Source: a virus
DNA length: 64,000 nucleotides
Virus record (IMG/VR): IMGVR_UViG_3300020469_000020
Coordinates: 41,192 to 105,191 of that record
Reading direction: 5' to 3' (one strand)
Part shown: piece by piece, positions 1 through 10,030 of the stretch
Numbering within the stretch: position 1 is the first letter of the stretch
Layout: each line of letters opens with the position of its first letter
The notes under the pieces: model-generated
The model's input: the letters and a program-made list of their open reading frames with translations, nothing else
What the model was told of the DNA's origin: nothing
The model's database searches: none
Made by a program: the position numbers and the translations under genes

Positions 1-447
1 CGCTTCTTTTGTACCATCTGTAGATGCTGTTCCATCATATGCTCCACCAGCACCAGCAAGTCTTGCAGGTGACTCATAATGTGAGCGCATTGCAAAAATC
101 AATCCTGTAGGACCTGTAAGTGGCTGAACTCCACATACATCATATGCCAACAATTTTGGCATAGTTCTTCTTACAAGAGAAATAAGAACTGGATCTACAA
201 ATTCAATATGACCACCAGCAGAAGGTGTACCACCAGCAGCATCCATATTAGAAACCATCGCTCCTGGATTCTCTGTCAAGAACAATCCTTGTCCTGTTTG
301 AGTTTGTGCTTGTTGTCTTAGCATAGTCTCTTGATTTTCCAAAAGAATAGCTGTAACACTTTTTCTATAGGTATCGTCAATATTAGGCAGTTCATCATGC
401 TCTAATATCGGCTTCCATTTTTCCTGAACTTTTTCGTTAAGAACCAT
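1..447 (-). CDS. gp23: Major capsid protein gp23, N-terminal part (runs off the window)
   Basis: Manual translation MVLNEKVQEKWKPILEHDELPNIDDTYRKSVTAILLENQE...DPVLISLVRRTMPKLLAYDVCGVQPLTGPTGLIFAMRS, typical of T4-type gp23; AAGGAGA RBS; follows the scaffold gene. Confidence 0.97.
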   Translation of the reverse strand, partial: MVLNEKVQEKWKPILEHDELPNIDDTYRKSVTAILLENQETMLRQQAQTQTGQGLFLTENPGAMVSNMDAAGGTPSAGGHIEFVDPVLISLVRRTMPKLLAYDVCGVQPLTGPTGLIFAMRSHYESPARLAGAGGAYDGTASTDGTKEA

Positions 448-502
448 AACTTCTCCTTTTAATTTTTAAATATAATTGAAATTATAAAAATTTCTTTTAT
501 CT

Positions 503-510
503 TATTTATA
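503..510 (-). promoter_or_regulatory. T4-type late promoter TATAAATA upstream of gp23
   Basis: Exact gp55-type consensus in the intergenic gap. Confidence 0.8.
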
Positions 511-530
511 TATATTCTCTTTTTCAAAAA

Positions 531-1772
531 TTAAACGTATTTTGAAATAGCTTGTGTGTATACATCCATTGCTGAAGGCGCAGCTGGCTCAGCATGATAA
601 TCTTCTACAAGTGTAGATGATTCAAACTGCTCATTCTCAATAATATCATCATTTTTAGTTTCATTATTTACTTCTTCTTTTGAAGAGAAATAATGTTCTT
701 TAATAATTTGAACCTTCTTTTCAAATTCTTGTTCGTCTTCAAAGTCAACTGATTCTGTTAGGTTCATCAATTGATCTTTTTCTGCCATAGTCAAATCTTC
801 AGACTTCTCACTAATGATATTTTTTCTCTTTTCTTCTTGAAGTTGCTTCTTCAATCGCATGTTTCTCTTTAGATGAGTATTGACTTGCTCTTGAAGTTCT
901 TCTGTTTTTTCTTCCAATGAAACAACAAGGTCTTCTTTTTCTTCTGGTACATCAATGTAATTTTCTGTGAAAAGATTTTTCAAACCAAAAATAAAGTTTT
1001 CTGTGATTTCAGTGCGAACACCTTTTTCAACAGCTAACTCATTTTCTTTCAACCACTCTTCCGCAACATATGTAACATACTCATCAACTTTAGAAGTTAG
1101 ATTATCAAGTTCTTCATGAAGTTGTTCAGCATGTGCCTCTACAGCTTCTTTCAGGTTTGCATTATATTGTTCTTCTAATTCTTCTTTTAATTCATTGACT
1201 TCTTCATTAATTCTCTGAGTGAGAACTGTTTCAAATAGCAATGCAGCTTTTTCTTTAAATTCTTCACTTAGAGTTTCATCTTGAGAAAATAAAGATTCAA
1301 TTTGCTCTTGCATTTCTTCTTTCTTTTTCTTTTTCTTCGCATGATACATTTCGTCTAGTTCCTCATCATCGTCATCATCTTTTTTATCATCATCGTCATC
1401 GTCATCATCTTTTTCCTCTTCATCATCATCATCATCTTTTTTCTTTTTCTTCTTTGCTGCTTCTTCTACAGTTTCATCTTCAGCAGCAACAACTTCTTCT
1501 TCAGCTACATCTTCTTTCATCGTTTCTTCCTTGTCCATAGCTTTCATTTCATCCATCATTTGTGTAGCCATAGTATCAATTGTAGTACCTTTGTCAATGG
1601 TAACTTGAGTAGCAGATGCATTCATTTTCATCTCCTTCATTAGAGCATTGATGCATGAATCCACTTTATCTTCAGGCACAACTGTGCTAAGATCAGTAGA
1701 ATTTTCAATTTCGTCTCCGTATCTTTTCTTCATAAATTCGGAAATCCTATTCTTTAATTCTGTTTTAGTCAT
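531..1772 (-). CDS. gp22: Prohead core scaffold protein gp22 with N-terminal extension and poly-K/poly-D tract
   Basis: LSEEFKEKAALLFE, VDEYVTYVAEEWLKENELAVEKGVRTEITENFIFGLKNLFTENYIDVPEEK motifs; lies between gp21 and gp23. Confidence 0.92.
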   Translation of the reverse strand: MTKTELKNRISEFMKKRYGDEIENSTDLSTVVPEDKVDSCINALMKEMKMNASATQVTIDKGTTIDTMATQMMDEMKAMDKEETMKEDVAEEEVVAAEDETVEEAAKKKKKKDDDDDEEEKDDDDDDDDKKDDDDDEELDEMYHAKKKKKKEEMQEQIESLFSQDETLSEEFKEKAALLFETVLTQRINEEVNELKEELEEQYNANLKEAVEAHAEQLHEELDNLTSKVDEYVTYVAEEWLKENELAVEKGVRTEITENFIFGLKNLFTENYIDVPEEKEDLVVSLEEKTEELQEQVNTHLKRNMRLKKQLQEEKRKNIISEKSEDLTMAEKDQLMNLTESVDFEDEQEFEKKVQIIKEHYFSSKEEVNNETKNDDIIENEQFESSTLVEDYHAEPAAPSAMDVYTQAISKYV

Positions 1773-1819
1773 TAGATTCCTTTTTATTTAATGTTAAACC
1801 TTTTGGTCTGTTTATATAT

Positions 1820-1827
1820 TATTTATA
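1820..1827 (-). promoter_or_regulatory. Late promoter TATAAATA upstream of gp22
   Basis: Exact consensus. Confidence 0.7.
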
Positions 1828-1832
1828 TTATT

Positions 1833-2702
1833 TCAATTCTTTGCAACTTCTTTAAGAAAGTTATCAAATATTTTAAGTGTTTCTTGCTCTCTTTTTTCTT
1901 GTAATTTTTCTTTAACACTTTTTTCAACAGCTTCTTTAGTGCTTTCAAGAAGTTGCTCTAAATGCTTTTCTTTCTTGCTAATTTGGAAATTAACTTTTGA
2001 CTCAATCAATTTTTTCATAGATGTATTTTCATTATTGAGAGCATATATTTTATCTTGCATATTTTTAATTTCAGATTTCATTTCTACTAAAGTATCAAAC
2101 CAAAGCATAGGATTGTTAGAAGAATTTGTTTCTTCATTTACTTCAGCTTGCTTTCTAGTATATGATTTGGTATCAGCATTCCAAATCCAATCAACTGATT
2201 CCATTACCATTTCAACGAAAGCTTTTGGAGCAGAGGGATCATAAACAATATCTATTGCAGATAATTGAAAATCTTCTCCAACCAATTGATAATCATCTTT
2301 TTGAGTTAAAGACCCAACTCCTCTTGAAGAAACTCCAAGTTTAACTCCTCCATCCACAAGACCACGAACAATGTTTCCGCATGGTGTATCCAGTACCTTT
2401 GCTTTTCCCATGATATGATTGCCGTCAATATTAAGTTCAGTGACCATATGTGAAACTCTTTCAAGATTCACAGCAGGATCTGCAGGATGATTTAATTCAC
2501 CTAAAGCACGTTGAGTATTAACTTTTTCTGTGACGTATCTATCTGTTTCTTTTTGTAATGTGTCTATTGTGTAAACTCTACCATTCTTGTTCGTTTCTTC
2601 GGCTTGCATAAAAATTCCAGAAAGATAATGAGTTTTAATCCCTTCTTCATTAGCTTCCGTAATGGCTTTTACATTATCTGAACTTTCTACAAGTAGTTTC
2701 AT
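1833..2702 (-). CDS. gp21: Prohead protease gp21 with C-terminal coiled-coil extension
   Basis: GIFMQAE..NKNGRVY, ALGELNHP, VSHM, LGVSSRGVGSL, DIVYDPSAP motifs. Confidence 0.95.
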   Translation of the reverse strand: MKLLVESSDNVKAITEANEEGIKTHYLSGIFMQAEETNKNGRVYTIDTLQKETDRYVTEKVNTQRALGELNHPADPAVNLERVSHMVTELNIDGNHIMGKAKVLDTPCGNIVRGLVDGGVKLGVSSRGVGSLTQKDDYQLVGEDFQLSAIDIVYDPSAPKAFVEMVMESVDWIWNADTKSYTRKQAEVNEETNSSNNPMLWFDTLVEMKSEIKNMQDKIYALNNENTSMKKLIESKVNFQISKKEKHLEQLLESTKEAVEKSVKEKLQEKREQETLKIFDNFLKEVAKN

Positions 2703-2709
2703 TTTTCCT

Positions 2710-4125
2710 CTATCTTAATGTTTGTGACCTAGCTTTGGTTTGTTGTCTTTTAACAAACATCTTTTTCATTTTACCAGGATTTGCTTTAATTTTTCGCCAT
2801 CTTTTCAAAGAGGCTTTACGATCTCTTTCTTTTTGTTTTGCTGGTTTTGTTGTTTTTGGTAAGCACATAACTTCTTTAACTTTTTTACCAGCAACAGTTA
2901 TTTCTCTATTTAGAGGTTTTTTATATTCATCACTCTTACATACCATTACAACTTTATTTAAACCTGTTCTTGGATTTCTTCTCCAGCGTACCTGAGCTAC
3001 CGATTCTGTTGTTGTTTCTATTTGTTTGGGATTCACTACTTTTGGTGAATTGCTTTTCTGTTTACGAAATTGATTTATTATTTTATCAGAAAAAGTTTCT
3101 GCTCTTTTTTTAACTTCTTTTTCTGGTAGACCTTTTAAAGAGTCTACAAAACTTTTAAGTATTTTCATAAATTTTTCTTTTTCTTCTGGATCTAATCCTC
3201 TAGGATCAATATTGGCTAAAACTGGTTTTCTTTTTTCTATTTCTGAACTTTTTTTATTTTCAATTCGTTTAGTATCTGATTTTTTTTCATCGGGTGATTC
3301 TTCATATTTTGCTGCTGTTTCATCGGTGTATTTCTTTATCATTTCTTCATGATGTTTTTTTGAATCAAAGTCATCATGGTCATTATCTTCTTGTCTGAGA
3401 TAGCTTTCAAATCTTAATATTAATCTATCTCTTTCATTTATAGTCTCAGTAAAACTATATTTTAAATTTTTTTCTTCAGCATCTATATCAGTATTTTCTT
3501 CTAAAGTCAATCTTGAAAGTCCAACATATACCATTGCCAATCTTTTTTCTATTCTAATTATAGTTTCTGCATCTATGATATCATCACTATTTAATTTTAC
3601 AATATCTAAGTTTTTACCTATATTTAATAAATCATTGTCTTTCAGTTTTTTATTTTCAATACCATATGCTAATAATATTAAAATTTTTGAAAATAAATTC
3701 AAATTTTTATGTAAATGTAAAAATGAAAAAGGTGCTAAGTTTTCATTACTTGGATTAACTTTAAATCTAGTATTGACTAAGTTCTTGTTTATTATACTTA
3801 TGCTTTTAGCCAATTCTTTTATTTTTTGATAATCATTATATTGTTCTTTATTTTTCAGAAAAAGATTTTCTGTTTTTTTAATATATTCTATATTATCAGT
3901 TGCAGTTTTTTTAACTGTAGATTTTAGAGACTTATAAAATTCTTTAGTTTTATTTTTTGTACCTTTGTAAAATGATTTAAGTTTTTTTTCTTTAGCTACT
4001 GTTGATATTGAATTCCCTGTAGCAACCATGGCTTTCTTAAAAGTATTTAATTTATCTTTTACAGAAAACGGTATTTTAAATACTTCATTTATTACAATAT
4101 CGTCTTCAGTTAAAAATCTTTTCAT
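2710..4125 (-). CDS. Probable prohead core / internal head protein (gp68-like basic C-terminus)
   Basis: Occupies the gp68 position; very basic C-terminal helix; N-terminus MKRFLTE resembles a capsid-targeting signal. Confidence 0.5.
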   Translation of the reverse strand: MKRFLTEDDIVINEVFKIPFSVKDKLNTFKKAMVATGNSISTVAKEKKLKSFYKGTKNKTKEFYKSLKSTVKKTATDNIEYIKKTENLFLKNKEQYNDYQKIKELAKSISIINKNLVNTRFKVNPSNENLAPFSFLHLHKNLNLFSKILILLAYGIENKKLKDNDLLNIGKNLDIVKLNSDDIIDAETIIRIEKRLAMVYVGLSRLTLEENTDIDAEEKNLKYSFTETINERDRLILRFESYLRQEDNDHDDFDSKKHHEEMIKKYTDETAAKYEESPDEKKSDTKRIENKKSSEIEKRKPVLANIDPRGLDPEEKEKFMKILKSFVDSLKGLPEKEVKKRAETFSDKIINQFRKQKSNSPKVVNPKQIETTTESVAQVRWRRNPRTGLNKVVMVCKSDEYKKPLNREITVAGKKVKEVMCLPKTTKPAKQKERDRKASLKRWRKIKANPGKMKKMFVKRQQTKARSQTLR

Positions 4126-4139
4126 TTATTTTCTCGTTG

Positions 4140-4811
4140 CTATTTCGTAGTGTATTCTTGAAATGCACCTTTATCAACTAATTTACTACCAAGAACGTCT
4201 CTTTTTTGTTTCATTATTTTCGCTTTTGGATTATCTTCACCATATCGTTGAACATATTGTCCATATGCTTGACTTAAAACTGTATATTTTTCTATACCAC
4301 TTTCCTTTTTACCGGCATAGTTTAATACTTTTTTAACACTATCATTTGCAGTAAAAAATTTTATATCATCTAGTACAAACGGAGTTAATCTATCTTGTTC
4401 TTGACCAATTTTATTTAATTTATCTTGTAAATTAGCTATCTTTTCGTTAATGTCAAAATCATCTTCACTGGGATTTTTATCTTCTAAATCAAATATTTGT
4501 TTACTAATTTTTCCCTGCTCTTTTACATTTTTCTCAAATTGTTTAGTTGCTGCTAATTGTCTTCTACCATCTTGGGTAAGACGTTTTGCTCCACTGCGGA
4601 TTGTGTCTAATGCTTTATTACCTACTCTAGCAGCACCTTCTTTTGCTTTTCCAGTAAGATTTTCAATTGCATCATCAATAAAAGATCTTTCTTCTAAGTA
4701 AGAAAGAGAAACCCCTGAGTTTATATAATAACTTTGATAATCTTCATTGATTAAGTTCGTTAGTAAATTACTCTGCTTCTGCAGGTTGTTCTGCTTTTGG
4801 TTGTTCTTCAT
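4140..4811 (-). CDS. Hypothetical head-associated protein
   Basis: 223-aa ORF within the head operon. Confidence 0.55.
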   Translation of the reverse strand: MKNNQKQNNLQKQSNLLTNLINEDYQSYYINSGVSLSYLEERSFIDDAIENLTGKAKEGAARVGNKALDTIRSGAKRLTQDGRRQLAATKQFEKNVKEQGKISKQIFDLEDKNPSEDDFDINEKIANLQDKLNKIGQEQDRLTPFVLDDIKFFTANDSVKKVLNYAGKKESGIEKYTVLSQAYGQYVQRYGEDNPKAKIMKQKRDVLGSKLVDKGAFQEYTTK

Positions 4812-4971
4812 TTTCTACTTCTTTACTAAAAATTTTTTGAGAAAGTTCTTCTTTTTTATCTTGCAATTTATCATAGACTTTATTTGCAATTAAAGTTTCA
4901 AAGTTTTCTTTTGTGCCATTCATGTTTCCATCATTTACATTTTTAATTAATTCTTTTGCTACATTATCCAT
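4768..4971 (-). CDS. Small prohead core protein (gp67-like)
   Basis: 67-aa acidic helical protein directly downstream of the portal gene, as gp67 is in T4-like phages. Confidence 0.65.
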   Translation of the reverse strand: MDNVAKELIKNVNDGNMNGTKENFETLIANKVYDKLQDKKEELSQKIFSKEVENEEQPKAEQPAEAE

Positions 4972-6668
4972 TATAAGTCTCCTGTATCTGTTGTTACTGG
5001 AGTAGGTGTTGGTGTACCTCCTCCTAAATCATCAATCATTCCACCGCCTGTAGGTTCTGAAGCATCTGGACCTAAACCTCCTCCTAGACCCAATCCTAAA
5101 TTACCTCCACCAAGTCCTCCGAGTCCTCCATCCATTCCAAATCCTGGTTCACCTTCTTTTGGAGCAAATCTTTGGTCATATTTTTCTTCTTCAATTTCTT
5201 CATCTATTCTTTCTATATCATCATCGCTCAAAGAAAGTATATTCTTGCGTATGTAATTTGCAGAGAAATATTTACCTCTGTATTCTTCAGCATCTCTCAA
5301 TACATTCATTTTTTCTGTAAGTAACTCTAAATTTTTGAGTGCATTAAAATTACTATCTTGATCGTAAATAAAATGAATGTCTTCTCGCATATCATCCCAC
5401 TGTTTAATGGAAATGATATTTTTTAAAATTAACTGTTTCTTTAATAATTCTAAAAAGAAATTTGCAAAACGTGTTCTTAATCTTTCAATGAATCTTAAAA
5501 ATTTATATTCTTCTCTTGAAATTTCACTTGCTCTACCAAGTGAAAATCCACTTTCTGGTTGCATTCTAGAAATAGGAACATTTAGTGAACGAAATAATTG
5601 TCTTTGAAAAAATTCTAGTTCATCTAATTGTGTAAAATTTGCTTCACTTCCCTGTAGTGTATCTATTTCTGTAGTTGCACTTCCATTTCTTCTTGGCATC
5701 CAGTAATCTTCAAGCATAGCTTGAAATTTTCTATCATCTCTTAGTTGTCCTGTTTTACTATCATAAACCATTTTATTTCTATACTGATTCATCAATGAAT
5801 ACATATACTGTTCAGCTTTTGCTTTAGGTAAATTACCTACATCAACATAGAAAACTCTGCGAGACGGTGCACGGCTCAGTCTATAAATGATAGCGGCATC
5901 TTCTAACATTCTTATTTGATTTAAAGGACGAAATGCTTTGTGTAAATAAGATATTACGCTTTTTCTTCTTTCATCTAACAATCCGCTTGTTACGGCAGCA
6001 ATTGAATCTGGAGCGATTTTAATTACGTTTTTGTTATCAGATTCTGTTTCGCTGTTGAATACACCGTTTTCTGAATATAAATAATATTCATTATATTTTT
6101 GATTTATGTTTACATCGTCCATTCCAACACGAATTTTATATTCTTCAGACTTGACTCTTTCTCTTATCTTTTTTATCTTAAAAGGATCTATAGGTCTGAG
6201 TTCTAGAATACCTTTTTGTGGGTTTTTAATATCAATTAATACTTGGTAATAAATTCTTCCATCTACAAACCACTTACGAAATATTTCATAACCAGAATAT
6301 TTAAAGTTCAATTTATCTAATAACATATAAAATTCATCACTAATTTTATCTTTAATAAGAGATGAATAATCGCTCAAATAATCAAGTTCTATGTTTACTG
6401 GATAACTTTTTCTTCCCGAAATTATTGCTTCATTCACAATTTCATCAATAGCAAGTTCACATTCTGGTTGCATAGACATAGAACGATATCTAGCCATTAA
6501 ATCAAATTCATTACTAAAACTGCTATCTAAGTTTAAATAAGTTCCGTAAACTCCGGCCGAACCCACAATAGCAGAACCATCATCAAAATCAGGTGGTGTG
6601 AACGATTGTAAATTTGGTTCTTCTCTATCTTTCTGTTCTTCAAATTTCCATCCAAATAATGTAGCCAT
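4971..6668 (-). CDS. gp20: Portal vertex protein gp20
   Basis: IYRLSRAPSRRVFYVDVGNLPKAKAEQY, MLEDYWMPRR, FRKWFVDGRIYY motifs; Gly-rich tail. Confidence 0.97.
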   Translation of the reverse strand: MATLFGWKFEEQKDREEPNLQSFTPPDFDDGSAIVGSAGVYGTYLNLDSSFSNEFDLMARYRSMSMQPECELAIDEIVNEAIISGRKSYPVNIELDYLSDYSSLIKDKISDEFYMLLDKLNFKYSGYEIFRKWFVDGRIYYQVLIDIKNPQKGILELRPIDPFKIKKIRERVKSEEYKIRVGMDDVNINQKYNEYYLYSENGVFNSETESDNKNVIKIAPDSIAAVTSGLLDERRKSVISYLHKAFRPLNQIRMLEDAAIIYRLSRAPSRRVFYVDVGNLPKAKAEQYMYSLMNQYRNKMVYDSKTGQLRDDRKFQAMLEDYWMPRRNGSATTEIDTLQGSEANFTQLDELEFFQRQLFRSLNVPISRMQPESGFSLGRASEISREEYKFLRFIERLRTRFANFFLELLKKQLILKNIISIKQWDDMREDIHFIYDQDSNFNALKNLELLTEKMNVLRDAEEYRGKYFSANYIRKNILSLSDDDIERIDEEIEEEKYDQRFAPKEGEPGFGMDGGLGGLGGGNLGLGLGGGLGPDASEPTGGGMIDDLGGGTPTPTPVTTDTGDL

Positions 6669-6712
6669 GAAACCAAACTCCTTTTTTATAAATTATAACA
6701 TTACGTTTCATT

Positions 6713-6720
6713 TATTTATC
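6713..6720 (-). promoter_or_regulatory. Late promoter variant GATAAATA upstream of gp20
   Basis: One-base variant of TATAAATA that recurs upstream of late genes. Confidence 0.6.
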
Positions 6721-6739
6721 AATCAGAATATTTAAAAAC

Positions 6740-6768
6740 AAAAAACCCGCATGTATTAAATGCGGGTT
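6740..6768 (-). terminator. Rho-independent terminator after gp19
   Basis: Stem AACCCGCAT/ATGCGGGTT followed by a U-run on the minus strand. Confidence 0.8.
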
Positions 6769-6799
6769 CTAAGTTTTCAATTTTAAAAAATATTATATT

Positions 6800-7489
6800 T
6801 TAAGCGACTTCAGATGTTGCTCCACTCCAACCTTCTGCTCTCAATCCAGATAAATTGGTTTCAGAGAATGGATTATTTCCTGCCGGATCGTTTGCGGCTG
6901 CAGGTAATTTTTCCCAATACTGATAAGAGAATGTTACACTAAATTCTTCAATTGTGTCTTTATTATCCCAACTTAAATCAATAGGTGATACGTTGACAGG
7001 AAATGCATCTTTAAAATAGTAAGATGCTATGTAAGGACCAGTTGCGCTTTGCCCCTCTGCAATACCACCACTCTTTTTTAATTGATGTACTTCAAAATTT
7101 CCAAATATTGTTGGCGTTGTGCCAAATCCACTCTTAGATTCAAAGATAGCTTTACCTGGAGCCATGAATTCAATCCAAGTTTCAAAAACATGTCTTATTT
7201 TATAATCTTCATCATTAATCACAGTAACTGTCCAATCTGCAAATGTTCTATCAATAGAAGGTACTTTAAATTCTCTACCTAAAAAATTAATAGGTATACT
7301 AGCAATTGTGCTTTCTGGTATCTGTGCTGATTTTATGAAAAAAGAAATGTCTGGTGTAGTTAAACCAGTTGCATCTCTAAGTGCTGGTAATTCACCATTA
7401 TCTGGAAAATCTATTTTAGCATAAAACAAAGAGGGTCTTGCCCCTCCTTGTGCTAATTTATTTCTTAATGCGGTTACGCTAATTCCCAT
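6800..7489 (-). CDS. gp19: Tail tube protein gp19
   Basis: GGARPSLF, DRTFADWTVTVINDEDY, AFPVNVSPIDLSWD..IEEFSVTFSYQYW. Confidence 0.93.
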   Translation of the reverse strand: MGISVTALRNKLAQGGARPSLFYAKIDFPDNGELPALRDATGLTTPDISFFIKSAQIPESTIASIPINFLGREFKVPSIDRTFADWTVTVINDEDYKIRHVFETWIEFMAPGKAIFESKSGFGTTPTIFGNFEVHQLKKSGGIAEGQSATGPYIASYYFKDAFPVNVSPIDLSWDNKDTIEEFSVTFSYQYWEKLPAAANDPAGNNPFSETNLSGLRAEGWSGATSEVA

Positions 7490-7535
7490 TTTACTCCTTT
7501 AAAAGAAGGTGAAAAATACACCTTATTGTATTTCT

Positions 7536-7543
7536 TATTTATA
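7536..7543 (-). promoter_or_regulatory. Late promoter TATAAATA overlapping the gp18 stop, driving gp19
   Basis: Exact consensus. Confidence 0.65.
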
Positions 7544-9941
7544 CACCGAGATCTGAAAATTCTACAGATTGTCCAACTGCAGTAAAGTTTAACTGAATAA
7601 AATTGATAACATATGTTGGCTTGATATAAATATCAGCTACAAATTTATTTTGCTCAATAAGTAAATCAGTGTTATTTACCTCACTACAAACTACACGGAA
7701 ATCAGAAGCACCTTGTTCTGTAACAACAGTTTCAAGATATGCTTCAGTTACTCTTGCGAATTCAGCTCGAGTAGATGGAGTGTTAAATTCAAACAATCTT
7801 CTTCTTGCTTGAGCAACCACAAACTCTTTCAAAGTAATAAATAACCTTCTCACATTAATTCTATCAAAAGCACTTGCAAAATTTTGCAATGTTTTATCAC
7901 CATAAAGCATTGTTCCTTCACCTCTAAAGGTAATAACTGGATTTACTTGACTAACATAAAGCTCATCCCTTTGTGCTTGTGATGGATTATAAGCAAGTTT
8001 TACTACGTTTTTAATTACACCTCTTACAGCTCCGGCAGGTGAGAACCAAGGTTTAAAGTTTTCATCAGTTCTTGCCATTAAACCACCGATGTCTCCAGAC
8101 AATGGCAACCATCTATAAGTGTCTGCATATTGATCGTATTGATACTTAAAGTTTCCGTCCATAATAGCGTAAGAACTACTATAAACAGATTCTCTCCATG
8201 TTATCAAATTATCTGTTATTGTCTCAGGATTAGAAATACCTCTTGCTACAGTATTGTATTCTGGAGATACACATACCACACAATCTTTTCTATCTTCAGC
8301 AACTTGTATCATTTTAGAAATTGCTAATTGATAATTAATTGGTGCTGCACTATTATAAGTCCATCCAGTTAAAAAGAAATCTAATTCATATGTCTCTTTT
8401 GCTCTAAACAACTCTACGGCAGCTATTACATCTGCTGTACCCATAGCACTTCCGTTAACACCACCAGTGAAACTAGAAACACTAGCATCAGATGCTGCAG
8501 AACCCAAAGTATTGTTGTATGTTCCAAATACTGTTCCTAATGCAGTAGATCCCCAATTAGAAGTTGTTACTGGATGTATTGCCCAACGAACCCATGAAGA
8601 ATTAGTATTGATTCTTGAGACATAATAGGTAGGTACACCAAAATCATCTGTACCATCTTTTGCTAGTGAAAGGAAAGCATATGATTCTATAACTTCATTC
8701 ATTCTACCAGTTATCATTCCTTGCTCATCTAAAACTACCAAGTGCATTTGGTCATTGTAATCACCAGTTGGATTACCATTCAATGTTCTTATTGAAGTTG
8801 AAGTTGCAGGTTCTGCTGTGAAACTATCTGCATATCTCCATTTTCTACTCCAACTTACAGGTGTATCACTTGTATATGAACCAACTAGACTTCCGTTTAA
8901 TTTTAATTGAGTATCACTTACTACTTGTGTAACTCTTGATGTTTGACCATCTACTGTAATGTGATCACCAACACTAACTTGTTTTGTAAACACAGTTCCT
9001 GAACCATATAATACGTTTGTATTATTAGTAAAGTAAACCATACCCATTAGATTTTTTGGAGAATTTCTTCTAGCACCAGAAGCAAACTCTGCAAATTTAG
9101 ATCTTTCTCTAACTGTTATTTGAGTTACAAAAGCCGAAGCTGAATATTCTACAGCAGGAGGTGCAGTATGTGTTCCAACATTAACCCATGCTACTGCAGT
9201 TTTTGCTCCAGTATCCATAGATTGAAACAACATGTTATATTCTTTAGAATTAAAATCAAATGTTATGACTTTTTGCTGAGTCATAATATCATCTTCAGTA
9301 AAGTATCCGTTTGCTCCATCCATAAAGTTGTAGTAGGTATTTGCAACTCCATTATTATTTGCAAATCTAACAGTGTACTTATTACCACTGATAGGAGTTA
9401 ACTCAATTTGATTTAAATTATCATTAGCAGTATTAGCCAAACCTTGAGCGTGTGCTCTTTCAGTTGCAAAACACATGTCTACTTTTAAAGTATTTCCTAA
9501 AGTACCTGGAAACTTAGCTATCCATGGTCCATGTGTACTAGTGCTACCAAAAATACTTCCACCACCTGTACCATCACTCAAACCACCTTCTGAAATTAGA
9601 AGACTGTCATTATAACTTTCATCATTTGTAACTAAAACAGCAGTTCCTGAAAATGTAGCGTTCTTAGTGTTTGCACTGTCTACCATTCTTACTACATTTA
9701 AAGAAGTAGCGTAATCTAAAAAGTTTTTACCATTAAACCATTCTATATAATTGTCACTTTCAGGCTTTCCAAACTCAAGAGCAAGTTCTGTTTCACTTGC
9801 TACCATCGTAGGAATCATTGCAGGTCCCCATGAATAGCGACCAACTACACCACCAACGCTTAATTGAGGAACTGTCACGGTGGTTAGTGAGTTGTCAAAT
9901 TCTCTTGTAACTATTCCAGGAGAAAGTGAGAAATCTGCCAT
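7539..9941 (-). CDS. gp18: Tail sheath protein gp18
   Basis: LSPGIVTREFD N-terminus, PWFSPAG..RG, LYGDKTL, FDRINVRRLF motifs. Confidence 0.96.
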   Translation of the reverse strand: MADFSLSPGIVTREFDNSLTTVTVPQLSVGGVVGRYSWGPAMIPTMVASETELALEFGKPESDNYIEWFNGKNFLDYATSLNVVRMVDSANTKNATFSGTAVLVTNDESYNDSLLISEGGLSDGTGGGSIFGSTSTHGPWIAKFPGTLGNTLKVDMCFATERAHAQGLANTANDNLNQIELTPISGNKYTVRFANNNGVANTYYNFMDGANGYFTEDDIMTQQKVITFDFNSKEYNMLFQSMDTGAKTAVAWVNVGTHTAPPAVEYSASAFVTQITVRERSKFAEFASGARRNSPKNLMGMVYFTNNTNVLYGSGTVFTKQVSVGDHITVDGQTSRVTQVVSDTQLKLNGSLVGSYTSDTPVSWSRKWRYADSFTAEPATSTSIRTLNGNPTGDYNDQMHLVVLDEQGMITGRMNEVIESYAFLSLAKDGTDDFGVPTYYVSRINTNSSWVRWAIHPVTTSNWGSTALGTVFGTYNNTLGSAASDASVSSFTGGVNGSAMGTADVIAAVELFRAKETYELDFFLTGWTYNSAAPINYQLAISKMIQVAEDRKDCVVCVSPEYNTVARGISNPETITDNLITWRESVYSSSYAIMDGNFKYQYDQYADTYRWLPLSGDIGGLMARTDENFKPWFSPAGAVRGVIKNVVKLAYNPSQAQRDELYVSQVNPVITFRGEGTMLYGDKTLQNFASAFDRINVRRLFITLKEFVVAQARRRLFEFNTPSTRAEFARVTEAYLETVVTEQGASDFRVVCSEVNNTDLLIEQNKFVADIYIKPTYVINFIQLNFTAVGQSVEFSDLGV

Positions 9942-10030
9942 ATCGTATCCTTTTATGATGTTTGTTATTATTAATTATACATCAGAAAAATAAATTATAT
10001 TTAATTAATTTTTTTATTTAAAAATATTTA

